A stretch of 63,247 bases of DNA, counting the filler, from Dugesia japonica (Eukaryota), in NCBI GenBank assembly GCA_001938525.1. It is 6 parts of 6 records of this genome, joined end to end, with 100 filler letters (N's around TTAATTAATTAA, not from the genome) between each part and the next. Parts side by side here need not be neighbours in the genome. Positions count along the whole stretch, not along the records: positions 1 to 12,071 come from MQRL01608107.1; positions 12,172 to 23,062 come from MQRL01590484.1; 4 more parts are not named here. The stretch is one strand, 5' to 3'. Positions within the stretch are counted from its first letter, which is position 1; the number at the start of each line of letters is the position of its first letter. Position numbers and translations under genes: made by a program. The notes beneath the pieces are model-generated. The model was not told where the DNA came from. It ran no database searches and worked only from the letters and a program-made list of their open reading frames with translations. This document shows, piece by piece, positions 1-13,029 of this stretch.

Positions 1-760
1 AATAGCTTTTTAAAAGATTTAGGAAGAATTCAAGATTTACATTAAATTAAATACCTTAATATAACTTAATGTGCATGCTTTTGACTGTTTATTGGAAGCT
101 TTATATTGTATGATTGAACATATTATTTGTTGGTTTCATGTAATGAAATTAATAAAAGAAAATCTTTCCAACTTTAAAGAGCTTGCTTGGCATATTTGTA
201 AGGATCTTTATTTCTTTGAAAGATTTTTTGAAAGATATTTTTATATATTTATTAAAACTTTTTACAAAAGAATCTGAACACTTTGACGAATGCAAAACGT
301 TTTAAAGAAATTTTGAAAGATTAAAGTTGAATAATAATAACAATTGGCATGAATCTTTGAATGGGAAATTGAAATATTTATTTTTTAAATCCACAAATTG
401 TTTTTATTTATCCAATAGTAGACGTTTTTTATTATTTTTTTTATCAAATACGCATTAAGATCTTGTTATCAATAGAAAATAAAAGAATTTGAATTGATTA
501 GCAATTAGAGTAAAAATATTTAATGACTGGAGATATTTATCCATAGAATACAACTACTTTTTTGCAAATGAAATTAAAACGATAGAAGAAGCATTTTGTA
601 CCTGTGAAAGTTTTGTTAAAGAAAAACAATATAAACATATTTTTAATATTTTAAGAATCGAAGAAAGATTGGAATTAATTGAAATGCATATTGCCAAAAA
701 AATATTAGAAAGATCTGTAAATATAAATAATCAGACATATTTCTATAATTATGGAGAAAG
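1..760 (+). pseudogene. Mutator-like (MULE) transposase remnant with SWIM zinc finger
   Basis: ICWFHV (CxFH motif) in ORF 71-277; NNWHESLNGKLK at ~340-376 (TNNxxESxN-like); FCTCESFVKEKQYKHI at ~595-642 (degenerate SWIM). Frameshifted. Confidence 0.7.
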
Positions 761-1520
761 AAAAACAAATAATTAAATTTCATAACTTTTGTTGGGCTGA
801 AACAGCTTCAAGTAACATATTAGAAGCAGAGAAGGAAATAAGTTAAAGAGTAATAATAAAATAAATAAGAAAATAATCAGAAATAAAAAATATTAATCGA
901 CGAAATGATTATTAAATAATAATAACTGAAATTAAAAAGCGCAAGAAAATATCGAAAATCTAGGGTAAAACGGTAAAAAGAAAATAAAGATGTCATAAGT
1001 TGTTGAGAAAACAAAGAATTGATTAAATATTAGAAGATATAACAATTGAAGATAATAAATAATTAAATGGTTCCAAAGAAACTAAGGTAAAATACCTCAT
1101 GCTTCAGAAGGAGAGAGAAAAAGNNNNNNNNNNNNNNNNNNNNNNNNNNNNNNNNNNNNNNNNNNNNNNNNNNNNNNNNNNNNNNNNNNNNAAGGCCACA
1201 CAATTGGAGGCGGAGGAGTTTATGAAGCAAACAACTCGATTTACTAAGAGAATTGAGACCGAACTGAGCTTTATATTGATACCGTTGGAAAAGAGTGATT
1301 ATATTGAAGATCGAAATTTGTGTCAATATTAATATAGCTTTCCGTTTCAATTCATTTCGGTTTTCTTTTATAATAAAATGTTTGTTTTAAGCGTTAGCTA
1401 AAATTGTCAGTAGTTTACTAAGGTCAAATAATGAACCTTATGATTTTCACAGTAGCTAACTCAATTTATATTAAAATTATTTAATACTTAACATACCTGA
1501 CATCTATATTTTGTGCAGTG

Positions 1521-2110
1521 TCAAATGTAAGATAAATAACATCGATCTACACATATTGTTTCAAATGGCTCTGCGGCGGTGAATGCTAATTTGATCTTAC
1601 ATCCTAGTTTATTTCCTTNNNNNNNNNNNNNNNNNNNNNNNNNNNNNNNNNNNNNNNNNNNNNNNNNNNNNNNNNNNNNNNNNNNNNNNNNNNNNNNNNN
1701 NNNNNNNNGTCTTCCACCTGGGAGTCCCAATCTATTGTGAAAATAACTTAATAATTCATTTACTCGATTCGTATCGTAGGTTTTTCGTTCTTTCTCAATC
1801 TCTTTGACTTCATGATAATTTATTTTCTCGTTTTCCCATATTGATTTTACCATCTTTATATTCCGTTTCTTTTTCGGGTCTTTATGTTTTATTTCGCATT
1901 GTTCGCATGGTTTCTCTCTAGATAAAGCGTCCGCATTCACATGAAAATTCCCAGGTCTATGTTGAATTTCAAAATCGTAAGCCTCTAATTCTGCTATCCA
2001 TGAGCAATATTGCGAGGTATTTGGNNTTTTCCAATTCAGCATCCATGTTAAACTTTTATGGTCCGTCCGTATGATAAATCTTTTGCCTAAAAGGTAATGT
2101 TACAAAAAAA
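1521..2110 (-). mobile_element. Ty3/gypsy pol fragment (RNase H end to integrase start)
   Basis: LLGKRFIIRTDHKSLTWML...WIAELEAYDFEIQHRPGNFHVNADALSR, then AAEPFETICVD. Confidence 0.9.
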
Positions 2111-2899
2111 TTAAATTGACTGTAGCCAAAAGAAATTGACACCTAAGACGGGATACCGCATAGTCCCACATGAACTCGGTATAGAGAAAACAAGTAAAAT
2201 TTCTGCCAGCTTCGGGGTATCTACCCTTAGAAGATATTCATCCAAAGGAGAACTATGCAAAGAAGACCAGTAAGAAGAAAGAAAGTATTCATCGGAGGTG
2301 ATTAATAGCATCAAAAGCCACGAAGCCCAACACTTTTCTAACTTTTTAAAATGGTTGAATATACTTTTAGTTCAATACATAATAGTTTTTTAAATTTTTA
2401 TTATATTCTTAAATAAAAAATTCTTCATTAATCCAACTATTATAACAGATAAAAGCCATATTTTTTGAATACAATCATCTTGATACAAAGTTATTTCTTT
2501 TCTTTCAATAGAACAATATGGATAATCTTATGGATACCAAACATTTGGCTTACGACGCCAGAGTAGATATATAGTAGCACTCTAAGTCACCCTAATCTAT
2601 ATATTCAATTTTCTTTTATTGATTGAACTAAATCACGGGCTTTTAAACAATTCTTGAATCCCTAAACCACAAATGATCGAGTGGCTAAAAATAAAGATGT
2701 TCAAAAAGATAAAGACTGAAGGATTTTTAAATATTATTGTTTTATTTAATTTTAATTAACCTTAATAATTACGATATCTACTTTTAAAATACAAAATCTA
2801 ACTGGTGACCATGTAAAAGTTAGTGCCATTAATCGGCAAAGGAAAGAAAAGCGACAAAAGATTTTTAAAATTCTTGATGGTTGTAGGACTTTAGATTTA

Positions 2900-3990
2900 G
2901 ATTCATTGTCTTATGGTTATAGTGTTCAAGTTGATTTGTTAATACCTGACGAATTACACGACTATTTAAGTGACTTAATGGCGGCTGCTGAACAACAAAT
3001 TGTACCAGGTAGTAAAATTAAAAAATTATTATTAGTAACACATCATCGTAAGAAAAACTATGTACTATATTGGAGGTTACTTCAATTATATTGAGAAATT
3101 GGGGTGAAAGTGACTAAAGTTAATAAGTTTGTAAAATTTAACCAAGACTATATCTTTAAGACTTATGTAGATAGAAACACTGCATTAAGGTCTGAAAGTG
3201 AAAATGAGTTGGATATAAATTATTATAAGTTACTTAATAATATTCTTTACGGAAAACGGTTGAAAATCTTAAAGAAGAGGATAAATTTCCATCTCTGTAA
3301 CTCTGCTAAAAAGTTGATTACTTATACTTCCAAATTGAGCATTACGAAAACGTTTCAAATTGGCAATGATTTAATTGCTGTTCAGCTTAATGAGGAGGTT
3401 ATTTGTTTGGATCGTCCGAATTATATTGGACAATAGGTATTAGATTTGGTTAAACTCAAGATGTGCCAACTTCAGTATATCGAATTAGAAAAATATAGTA
3501 AGAGTATTGCTCTATAAGTATTGTTGCGGGGAACAAAGACAGTTTCTTTCTAGAAGTTAAAAACATTAGGTTAGAGAAATCGTTAGGTTTAATGGTACGA
3601 GATAAGATGTTGGATAACTCTAATTAATGTACAAACAACCAACTTTTTAATAATGACTTCAATTTAGTTGAAGGGAAATTGCAAGATGAGTTCAAATATA
3701 TAAGATATAAGGAAAGGTTTTTTCTGAGACCGAAATTTTACAGTCTTCTTAGTAAAAAAACATCTATGAAAGCTAAGGGTATAACATTAAAAGGTATCGA
3801 CATAAACCATCAGTTGTATCTTTATTGCTATAATAATAATGAAAGGGTCTCAGTTAACCAATTCAGAATTTGCAGTAAAGACCATCAACTACTTAGCATT
3901 AATGGTCCTAAAGTAGCTTTTACTAACACAGGCGATAAGCATGTATGAGTAGATATATAAGTCCACCATACGGACATTATAGTATTGTTT
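2900..3990 (+). pseudogene. Polinton/Maverick protein-primed DNA polymerase B, C-terminal half, decayed
   Basis: YYKLLNNILYGK (motif B), DRPNYIGQ*VLDL, degenerate DTDS (GNKDSFF, ~3530), LRPKFYS, KAKGI; fragments collinear across stops and frameshifts. Confidence 0.85.
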
Positions 3991-4203
3991 AGTATCGAGA
4001 AACAGGTGGCTGGGGAAAAACAGCCCTCAGCGGACACTTTGAAGAATTTAACCTTAAGTCCCTAGTTTAGGTATTCAGCGTAGAGTGGTTGACCTCCGAC
4101 TTCATGGGAGGTGCTCACACGTACACCTTTAATTTGGGTTCATCAGTTTCCCTTATAAGCAAATCAAAATTAAAATACTACAGGTAAAATTTATTATTTC
4201 TAC

Positions 4204-4555
4204 AATTCGTCAAAAACACCCGGGCTTAGCCACTGGGTAGGTTCTTCTGATATAAAATCGAAAACCGCAATATCGTCATTGTCGTCCCATTTAAGTCAGT
4301 TGCATTTCCTAGCTGCTGGGACAAGTCGGCTATGTAGTGTTTCAGAAAATCATTCTTATGCTGCAAGAGTAGCTGGATTTGTTCTGCTAAACTTTGGATT
4401 TTTTTGGCCAGATCGCTCTGTTTCTTTACAATTAAATCCATTTTTGTAATCAATCTATTCCGCTGGAATACGTGTTTTAAAAGGGCACGCTCTGTTTGAA
4501 GTTTAGTGTGTCGTTCTATCAGCAGTGTCTGGATGAGACGGTGACAGCGCCGTGA
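4204..4555 (-). pseudogene. Orphan coiled-coil ORF with acidic tail, frameshifted; 5' end in N gap
   Basis: Heptad-like LIVKKQSDLAKKIQSLAEQIQLLLQH; shifted frame gives WDDNDDIAVFDFISEEPTQWLSPGVFDEL*; AATAAA follows on minus strand. Confidence 0.4.
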
Positions 4556-4794
4556 NNNNNNNNNNNNNNNNNNNNNNNNNNNNNNNNNNNNNNNNNNNNN
4601 NNNNNNNNNNNNNNNNNNNNNNNNNNNNNNNNNNNNNNAAGACCACTCGAGGTATAGTTATTTAAGACATGAAAACGATTTATTAATTAAAACTATAAAT
4701 ATGATATCACGGCCGCAGAGTTTGAGTCCCCTTATCGATCATAAGTGGCTCTAAAGGCATTTTTTCCTTCAGTCTGAGGATGTCATTCACCAGT

Positions 4795-5040
4795 TTATTC
4801 TCTCGTGAAAGATTCGAGCTGGGACTTCCATATGCGTTCTTGTGCGTGCGATGCCTCAGCTTCTTTACGGATAGTAATACACTTTGCTCGGTAGCGTTTT
4901 ACCTTAGCGTTGGCGGCAGCTACCTCCGCTTCAAATCGTCGTTTTGCCAGCCTATAGAGCTCGCAGGACATCTCTGTATCCTCACTGGATTCCCTCATTT
5001 TCTTGGTGGGAGCTATGGTTCGATTTAACGACGAGTGCAC
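4795..5040 (-). CDS. Orphan basic/coiled-coil small protein (81 aa)
   Basis: Open frame in a GC-elevated block; RRFEAEVAAANAKVKRYRAK helix; downstream AATAAA at ~4680. Confidence 0.45.
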   Translation of the reverse strand: MHSSLNRTIAPTKKMRESSEDTEMSCELYRLAKRRFEAEVAAANAKVKRYRAKCITIRKEAEASHAQERIWKSQLESFTRE

Positions 5041-5187
5041 TAATTCATAAGTTTCATGCTTAAAATTATTTAANGAGTCAGAAATCGGTTAACTAATATA
5101 GTACATATATTCATGAAAAGCAAAGAGATCAGAGTTCAACTGTTTGAAGACGAAGGGGTGGGGTTCTCCGCCGAACCGCTACTTGCC

Positions 5188-5538
5188 CTATTTCTCAAGT
5201 CCCACACGGTGTTGTTCATGTCGGTATACCGGGGGCAGATGCAAAGCCGACAAAAGTAGATATGCCGGGCCATCTCTCCATTCGCTACCAATTTCACCCG
5301 TGACCGGATTGATAACTGAAATACGATGAAGAACCTCTCTATCGCGATCTGGACCTCGCCATTCATAAAAAGCCTGGCGTTCAGCCGCAGCCCATTCTCG
5401 TTCATTATCAACCTCTATTGGGGCCAAGTTAGAATTATCAGTCAGAACACCTGCATTGCGATCATGTGGGTTCCAATAACGTTTAAGAATCACCCGATTT
5501 GTACGGTGGTCCAATAATGTCTCCCAGACGTATTCCAT
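5188..5538 (-). CDS. Orphan protein (116 aa from MEYVWETLLDH)
   Basis: Uninterrupted, GC-elevated, protein-like composition; no family recognised. Confidence 0.5.
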   Translation of the reverse strand: MEYVWETLLDHRTNRVILKRYWNPHDRNAGVLTDNSNLAPIEVDNEREWAAAERQAFYEWRGPDRDREVLHRISVINPVTGEIGSEWRDGPAYLLLSALHLPPVYRHEQHRVGLEK

Positions 5539-8500
5539 GCTATAAATATAATTGGCATTTATTAACGATATATAATAACAGATAATATGATGACGTGCAC
5601 CGTGATAACTATATAACACAGAAAACAATCACACAAGAAAAAGTTTTGCTTGAAATTATATTTTATTCAAACACAATCCTCGAAGCACATTTCTTTTATC
5701 AATCCTCGTCTATATCGACATTCGGCTGTAGCGGGAACAGCTCAACGAAACAATTTAAATCGGTTTCGTAGGGGTGCTCCACCTTACCTCGTGACAAGAT
5801 GTGGGCTAACAATTGCCTCAAAAGGGAGGACTTACGTCGCTAACGTATTAAATGTAGAGTAGCCCTTAATTCCTTTGACATGTTCTGAAATTTCAATTGT
5901 CAATAATGAGGAAATAAAATAAAATTAAGATTAGAAAGAATGACAGTACCTTCTACTTGGGAGTGCCAGTGGTTGTCACGTGAAGTGGTTGGACATAAAA
6001 ACAGATCACTTATTCGTGTATCGAACCCATGTTGTTTGATGATCTAATCAATTAATGGATATTCTGGCCACTTCGCCGACTATATAACATTTTAGTGGAT
6101 AAGGACATCAGGTAACTCTATTGCGACTGCTTAACCAACCCTGAGGTTAATAATTAGGATAATGGTTGGTATACCTAGTATTCAATGCTACTCTAAAGGT
6201 TGTAGTGTTGACTACCTAAGATGTTAATTTAATATCCCACTTGTTATGATTCCAATCCCCTAATATTGTTAGTACTATCGTTAAAAATCGTAATCAAAAA
6301 ATTTACGTCAACCTATATATAGATGGTTCAGGCTATAACACCAATTATCAATGTTAAGGACAAGATTACTAACCATACCTCTACCATTAGTTACCTCAAT
6401 AGTTCTAACGCTGAGATTTCGGGACTAAGAATATTAATAATATAAATATTGAATATTAATCTCATAACGGAGGAAAAATAAGAATGATAATATTAATAAT
6501 ATCCCACATGTGAATTTTATTCCTGTTAAAACTGATAATATTAATAATAGTAATATTCCTGATGATCCATTTACAGATTTTAATTATGAAAATATAATGG
6601 TATTATTAATACTAGCGCTAACAAATATAATTAGCGATAAATCAATTTGTCGGGAACCCAGTAAAATTAAGAAAAATCAAGGCGGTCACCAATATAGTTA
6701 CCCTTAGCAATGATAACGAGTATTAAAACACTGCTACAATTTTATTTATCGTGTTGGCATCGGGGAATTATTATCAGAACTAAAGACACACACTCATTCA
6801 ACCAAGTCCTTGTCCATGTCACCACTGTTCCACTCTCCTTAAAGTAGAAAGTACATTTCTCTAACGAGTTCGATGATTGATATCTAGAGTTAGTATGTAC
6901 TGTATGCACTAGGAAGGAGGTGTGCCGATTGTAAGCGTGTGCCAAATTTGGAGTGAGCTTATGTCATAGACTGAGAGGGGGTGAATTTGAATATGAGATA
7001 ATAACAGTGATCGTGTTTGCATTCGTTATCGGCAATAATAATTATTAAATATCTGGAACTTCTCTGGACATGCATGCATAAACCAGAATAATGTCAACTA
7101 ATAAGATCGTAGGGAAATCTGAATCAACATTGGCGGCGATGAAATCATTGTTACTTAATTTTTCAAACTGGATCTTACAAAAAAACAAAAATATTATTTG
7201 TCAATTATAAAATTTTGAAATTATAAATTTATCATGCATCAGATTTCAATAATCCAAATTATCTATTAATTTTATTTTTGAAATTAAGCATCAAATAACT
7301 ATGGATACAATTTATTTAACAGTTATTTAACTAGTTAAAATAAATTAAACTTAACAATCAATCAGCAGCACATGCTTACTTTTATTAATTTGTTCTCTTC
7401 TGCAACGGTTTTCGTTAAAAAGGCGGTGACTTCCGAGATAATGAGTTTTCGCGTTCCTAGATTTTTTCGAGTTCTCCACCAAAGTATCGGCTTCTAAAAA
7501 TTTTAAAATAAATACCAATTACGAATTGACGGTAGAAATTCTACTCTTACACTTTGTACTGAGTGATGATTGAAGATGAATTTTCCGCAATAGAATTTTA
7601 CTGGTTCAATGTTATGCTGTTGACTAGCTACTAGATTGCAAAGATTGATTTAAAAGGTAAAAATTGTTGTTTTAGACTGAAATTCGGATCCCTTTTATAA
7701 CTTTTCTGGGACCCTACATCGTTGTCATTGGTGGTCTATTTTAACTCTGATTTTCTTGTTGCTCATTGGTTGTACTGCTACTTTTTTGGAAATTTGGTAG
7801 AGTTTTGGCACTTCTATTGGTGTTTATTTTTAGATCAGCATGTGATCATCAGTGCTTTGTTCCATTTTTATTTCCGGGCCCCTCATTGGCTCAATCTTTA
7901 GATCTTCGTAAAGACCCTTCTGATGGTGGTACAATTTTTTAGTGACAAAATTCTAATGCCCTGATCCAAATCATTTTCGAATTTTTTTATACCAAGCTCT
8001 TGTGCCCTTCTGGTGTAAAGTTATTCGTATAAAACGAATATTTTGCTAAATTTAAATTAATTTATTTCCAAATTAATTAATATTTATTTTCTTGTAATTA
8101 GTTATCTTGATTAATAATTTTCTTGGTTTTATTATTGATTTTGATAATTTCTTCTAATTAATGCGATTGGCCTGAATCATCTTCATCCACCCAAGTTTTC
8201 TATAACCATCTTCTCTGTTAATTGTACATCCCTTTAAAGATTTGTACATAGTTTACTGTTTATGATCGTAATTATTTTCTTTCTTAGAGTGCCAGTTGTG
8301 ATGCCCTTAATGTTCTTCTTTACGGATAGGAACTTCTGTGGCTATACTTCATTAACTGGGCGCTTCACCCCAACAGTATTTCAAACCGTAATGAATAAAT
8401 TTATCCAGTCAATGTTAAGGTAATTTTTTTTGTTAACTATTTAATTAATTATTATTTAGAAATTCAACTCACAAGTTCCAGACAGCTCAATCCGATTGAT

Positions 8501-9937
8501 AGAAAACAAGATTTACTTTGAATAAATTGTTGTTTGAAAATTTTTTGTTCTTTTTGTTACTTAATTTGTGATGTATGTACTATTATTATAATATTAAGTC
8601 TACTCGGTGAGGATTCTAGTGTTATTTTCATTTAAATTGGTGTGTGTATTATTATTTTAATGTTAATTACCACTCATGGAGCAATTTGAGTTCTATGTTG
8701 ATATTCCTCGGGAAGAATTGTAATGTTATTTTTATNTAATTTGTTGTGTATATGTAATCTTGACTTTTAAATATAATATTCTTTAATCATAGTAAAAATT
8801 TTACTTTGAATGATGAGTAACATGATTAAAGCCAAGGGAAAAATATCCTTTTGTGTGTGTATTGGACAAAATTCCCAAAATAAAAGTTTTTAAAAATTTT
8901 CAAAAANNNNNNNNNNNNNNNNNNNNNNNNNNNNNNNNNNNNNNNNNNNNNNNNNNNNNNNNNNNNNNNNNNNNNNNNNNNNNNNNNNNNNNNNNNNNNN
9001 NNNNNNNNNNNNNNNNNNNNNNNNNNNNNNNNNNNNNNNNNNNNNNNNNNNNNNNNNATAGTCTAATACTAATCTTATAATTTATATTTTTTCAAAGAGT
9101 TCGCTTTATGTTTGTTTTATTTCTATACATTATACTTTATTAGCGGGACTAAGATGATTCACTTAGCTACGCTCAGGTCATATGTTGCCGATACATTTAT
9201 CTTTAAAAAAAATAGTAAGGCTTCTGCCCCACAATTCACCACAATATAATCATATTGAAGAATTTCATAGTTCAATTTAAGCAACATATTACATTGAAAA
9301 ATCAACAATTCGAAATGTGGATGAAATTAAATTTAGAATAATATCGGTTCTTGAATCTTACGATGCAAATATTAGTATATTTTATACAGATAACATCCAA
9401 TATCAGAGTAGGGGCAAAAATAAATTTTATTAAATAACTACTCCAATAACTAATGTTTCAGCATGTACTCATCAATATATGTGCATATGTAATGTAACAA
9501 TTTAAGAACTTCTATATAATTTAAGAATGCAATTTTTTAAATAAATTTTTGCTTTAGTTATTTTCATAATTAATAATAACATTTTACTTGCGGACTTAAA
9601 ACTCAAACAATTGAAAAATACAAAATTCCAGAATGATTTGAACAAAAACAATCCTAAAAAACAAATTGCGGCAAAAGCTTAAATATAAAATTTACATAAA
9701 ATGAAACAGNNNNNNNNNNNNACTAATTTTTTATACAATCTTTTGAGTGAAATTGAAAAAAGGTTAATTATAATAAACATCTTCTATTATTAATTAATCT
9801 ACAATTATTTAATTCAAAATATTTCTTTTTTTTCGAAATAAATTGTTACAATTTAATATTTTTTCAAAAACAATTCAAAATTAATAAATTTTACATAATA
9901 AATTCATTGTATAAATACACAAAAGAATAAAAATAAT

Positions 9938-11976
9938 TTAAATATCATTTTCTCTATTTCTTATGAGCATATAATCGTCCATATCTATGCTACGACATTG
10001 ACTTATTGCAATTCTCAGGCAGGTTTCCATGTCTGTAAGAGATTTATATCGAGGAAGTCGAATTTGATTAAAACATGTTTGGGATTGAGGTAAGCTATTC
10101 ACCGGCTATAATCAAAAAACAATTACTTAGTTACAATAAGTCCAAGGAAAGAAACCTGTTTGGAAATATGTATAAATAATCTAAAGGGAATATGGGAGTC
10201 TTGCGACGGAAGTCGACTTTTACCTGTTACAAATCTTAAGAAAAGACTTTTTTCTGATTCATTAAATGATTCGAGTATTTCCCAAAACCAGGAAAATAGA
10301 ATATCACTTTCGTCGGCATCTACATATCTACAAAAATAAATAGATTAAAACATGCACTGAAAATTATAATTTTATATATTAAGTAATTTTTACATATATT
10401 AAGTAACTGATCGCATTAGATTTTAAGATAATACTAGTATAAAAAAACTCAAGCACCATTCAAGAATAATATTCAAAATAAAAACACCATTGGGCATCCA
10501 ATTAAAGAAACCGAGACAAAACTTTTGTGGTTACAAATGCATTTGTGACGATAGATATATGTACAATAAGAAAAATTTTACTTATATAATAACATGCACC
10601 ATATGTAAAGATGCATATATAGGTGAAGAAACATACAAAGCCAAAAGAATTAAGGAATATCTCAAGCAGAAAGAAAATGAAGTCTTCAGACACTTATAGC
10701 ATACGTACACATAAAAATTCACCAGAACAACATAAAGCATGGAAAACACTAGGGACAGATTACATTTGCACGATTCACAGGAAGAAATATGAAAAAATAT
10801 TAATTAAAAAAGGCAAACCTAAAATCAATGTAATGTACAATAATTAAATACATTATCCTATTAAAATTCAATAATTAAATAAATTCTAAAATTATTTCTA
10901 TTTCTCCTAATAGCTTGAGTAAATCAGAAAGCAAATCCCTGAAGAAATCTATCGACAAAATTCGAATTGCTAACAAAAAAACTTAAAAACATTTTGATTT
11001 GATTGAAACTTTTTTTTTAATTTATTGAAACTTCAAAATAATTAATTTTATTTTTCATATGCTTCTAATAAATTGATTCAACAAATTTAATTGATTTAAC
11101 ATTGATATTAACAGTAAAACTACCAGTATTTATCCATGAAAATAACTGGTGCCGATATATAAAAAGTTAAACGTATAATTATATAACTATTTTCATTTAT
11201 ATGAAATCCACAATATTGATTATTGGATTTTATCTTGTAAAGTTTAGAATTAAAAATGTCTAAAATAGAAATTTTCAAGACAATTATTTAATATTTTCCC
11301 AGAGTTGCATTTTTGTTAAAAGATTAAACCTCATAGAGCAGGCAGCATAGAAATACCATTCTTTTCTTTCTAATCAGTAATAACTCATCGATTAATTTTA
11401 TAAATAGGAAAAAATACATCGTATTTCAGTGCTGTACAAGCGAATTTACGCTTTTACAAAAAAAAATGGAAAATTACCCGTGGAATAAACTTAAAATAAT
11501 CATAATCAGTCATCATCATTCATGATATTTGTTATAAATTTTAGAATACAGAAATTATGAATGTTAAGTTTAGTGCAATCAAATTTACATAAAAAATCTA
11601 ATCAGTTAAATTAGATGTATTTACTAGAAATTATTTACCATTTTTTCAATATTTCAAAATTAACAGTAAAAATAAAACAAAACTTAAACCTAGCAATATT
11701 TTTCAAAATATCGATGCTAATATGTTGAGAACCACAGACCATTTTTTCTAATTGCTTCCAATTCATGACATCCAATAAAACCATAGGAGCAATATTACAA
11801 AAGCTCTTACGAACGTGTTCAATGGCATTATCAAATTCATGTAATCTATAATAAATACAACTTCTGACAAAATCAGATATATTTTCTTTTTCAATTCTCT
11901 GTTCCAGCCCTTTATAACATACTTCTGATTCAGTTTTGCTAATTGAAAAACATACGAATCTATCCACACCGTAAGT
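9938..11976 (-). CDS. HERC1: HERC1-like HECT E3 ubiquitin ligase, last three exons (11690-11976, 10156-10327, 9938-10105); 5' part beyond the scaffold join
   Basis: YRLHEFD...QLEKMVCG, WFWEILESF...FLRFVTGKSRLP, LPQSQTCFNQIRLPRY...CRSIDMDDYM (HERC1-type C-terminus with catalytic Cys); GT-AG junctions stay in phase. Confidence 0.88.
10440..10850 (+). mobile_element. Penelope-like GIY-YIG endonuclease remnant inside the HERC1-like intron
   Basis: YIITCTICKDAYIGEE...KRIKEYL...VFRHL and C-terminal EKILIKKGKPKIN. Confidence 0.75.
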
Positions 11977-12071
11977 CTAATAATAATTGATTTATTAAAG
12001 TATTAAAATTTGCAAAATAATGTTTCAAAATTTCATAAACATAATTTGCAATTTTATTGTAAATAATTTAA

Positions 12072-12171
12072 NNNNNNNNNNNNNNNNNNNNNNNNNNNNN
12101 NNNNNNNNNNNNNNNTTAATTAATTAANNNNNNNNNNNNNNNNNNNNNNNNNNNNNNNNNNNNNNNNNNNN
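12072..12171. other. Artificial scaffold-joining spacer
   Basis: N44-TTAATTAATTAA-N44 (stops in six frames), same structure at five sites. Confidence 0.97.
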
Positions 12172-12642
12172 TTGGTTTCATCAATTCAGTCGCTTTGGCA
12201 GCATTTCGATTATTTATTCTTTTTAAAAATATATTAATAAGGATCTCTTCTCGTTCTATATCATCATGATTTTGTAATTGTTTCATGCCTGTAACTCGAA
12301 AGTCGTTAAATTTCCGCGAATAGACATATTTTCCTGTCTGCAATTAAGCACAATAATTATTGGACTTACTTTGGTCGTTTTTGTGCGATATAATTTAATT
12401 AACTCCTCTTTAAACCAATCATAATTTGGAATTGATCTTAATTCTAACCTTGCATTTTCTTCCAAACTGTTCATCAATTTTTCTGATTTTTCCGTTGGGT
12501 TAGCAATGTTTTAATCTATAGAAAACCTCTCCATCTCGGATATATGATTATGGATATTTTCATTTATCTGGAATTTTTTCTGGAAATTCGTATTTCCTTA
12601 AAAGAATTTGATAAATTCTTCTAAAACTGCTCTTGACGCCAT
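12172..12642 (-). pseudogene. Probable LTR-retrotransposon gag fragment
   Basis: Broken helical ORF ...KLMNSLEENARLELRSIPNYDWFKEELIKLY..., gag-like by pattern only. Confidence 0.4.
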
Positions 12643-12736
12643 GTTGTTTTATAACTAAAAAGAAGTAGCTACACAAAACCAAATATATTTTAAAAAACTG
12701 CCGATGACAATTAATGCGACTAAACAACATCTATTT

Positions 12737-12990
12737 CTACAGTAATGATATATATTCTTCATCAGTCTTAGTTAATGGTTTAATCTGTTTAGATTTTAAA
12801 TATTCTGATTTAAATAATTCTTTAAATATTAAATGAATATTATATTTTGATCCTTTATAAGAATACATAGGAACAAACGTGTATTTCTTTGCATTTATAT
12901 TGCATTCATTGTGTGCAGCACCTCTATATTTTCCATTTAAATGATCATGATCTTTTACCTCATGATTTATATATGTATACATCTTTTTAT

Positions 12991-13029
<39 letters not shown>

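Noticed and set aside
5750-6980. Second polB on the minus strand (YDISSL, HVKGIKG)
   Set aside because: Only two short motif-like words; no KxxxNSxYG or DTDS found between them.
12116-12127. TTAATTAATTAA as a piggyBac target or biological motif
   Set aside because: Always centred between exactly 44 Ns on each side; an assembly linker.
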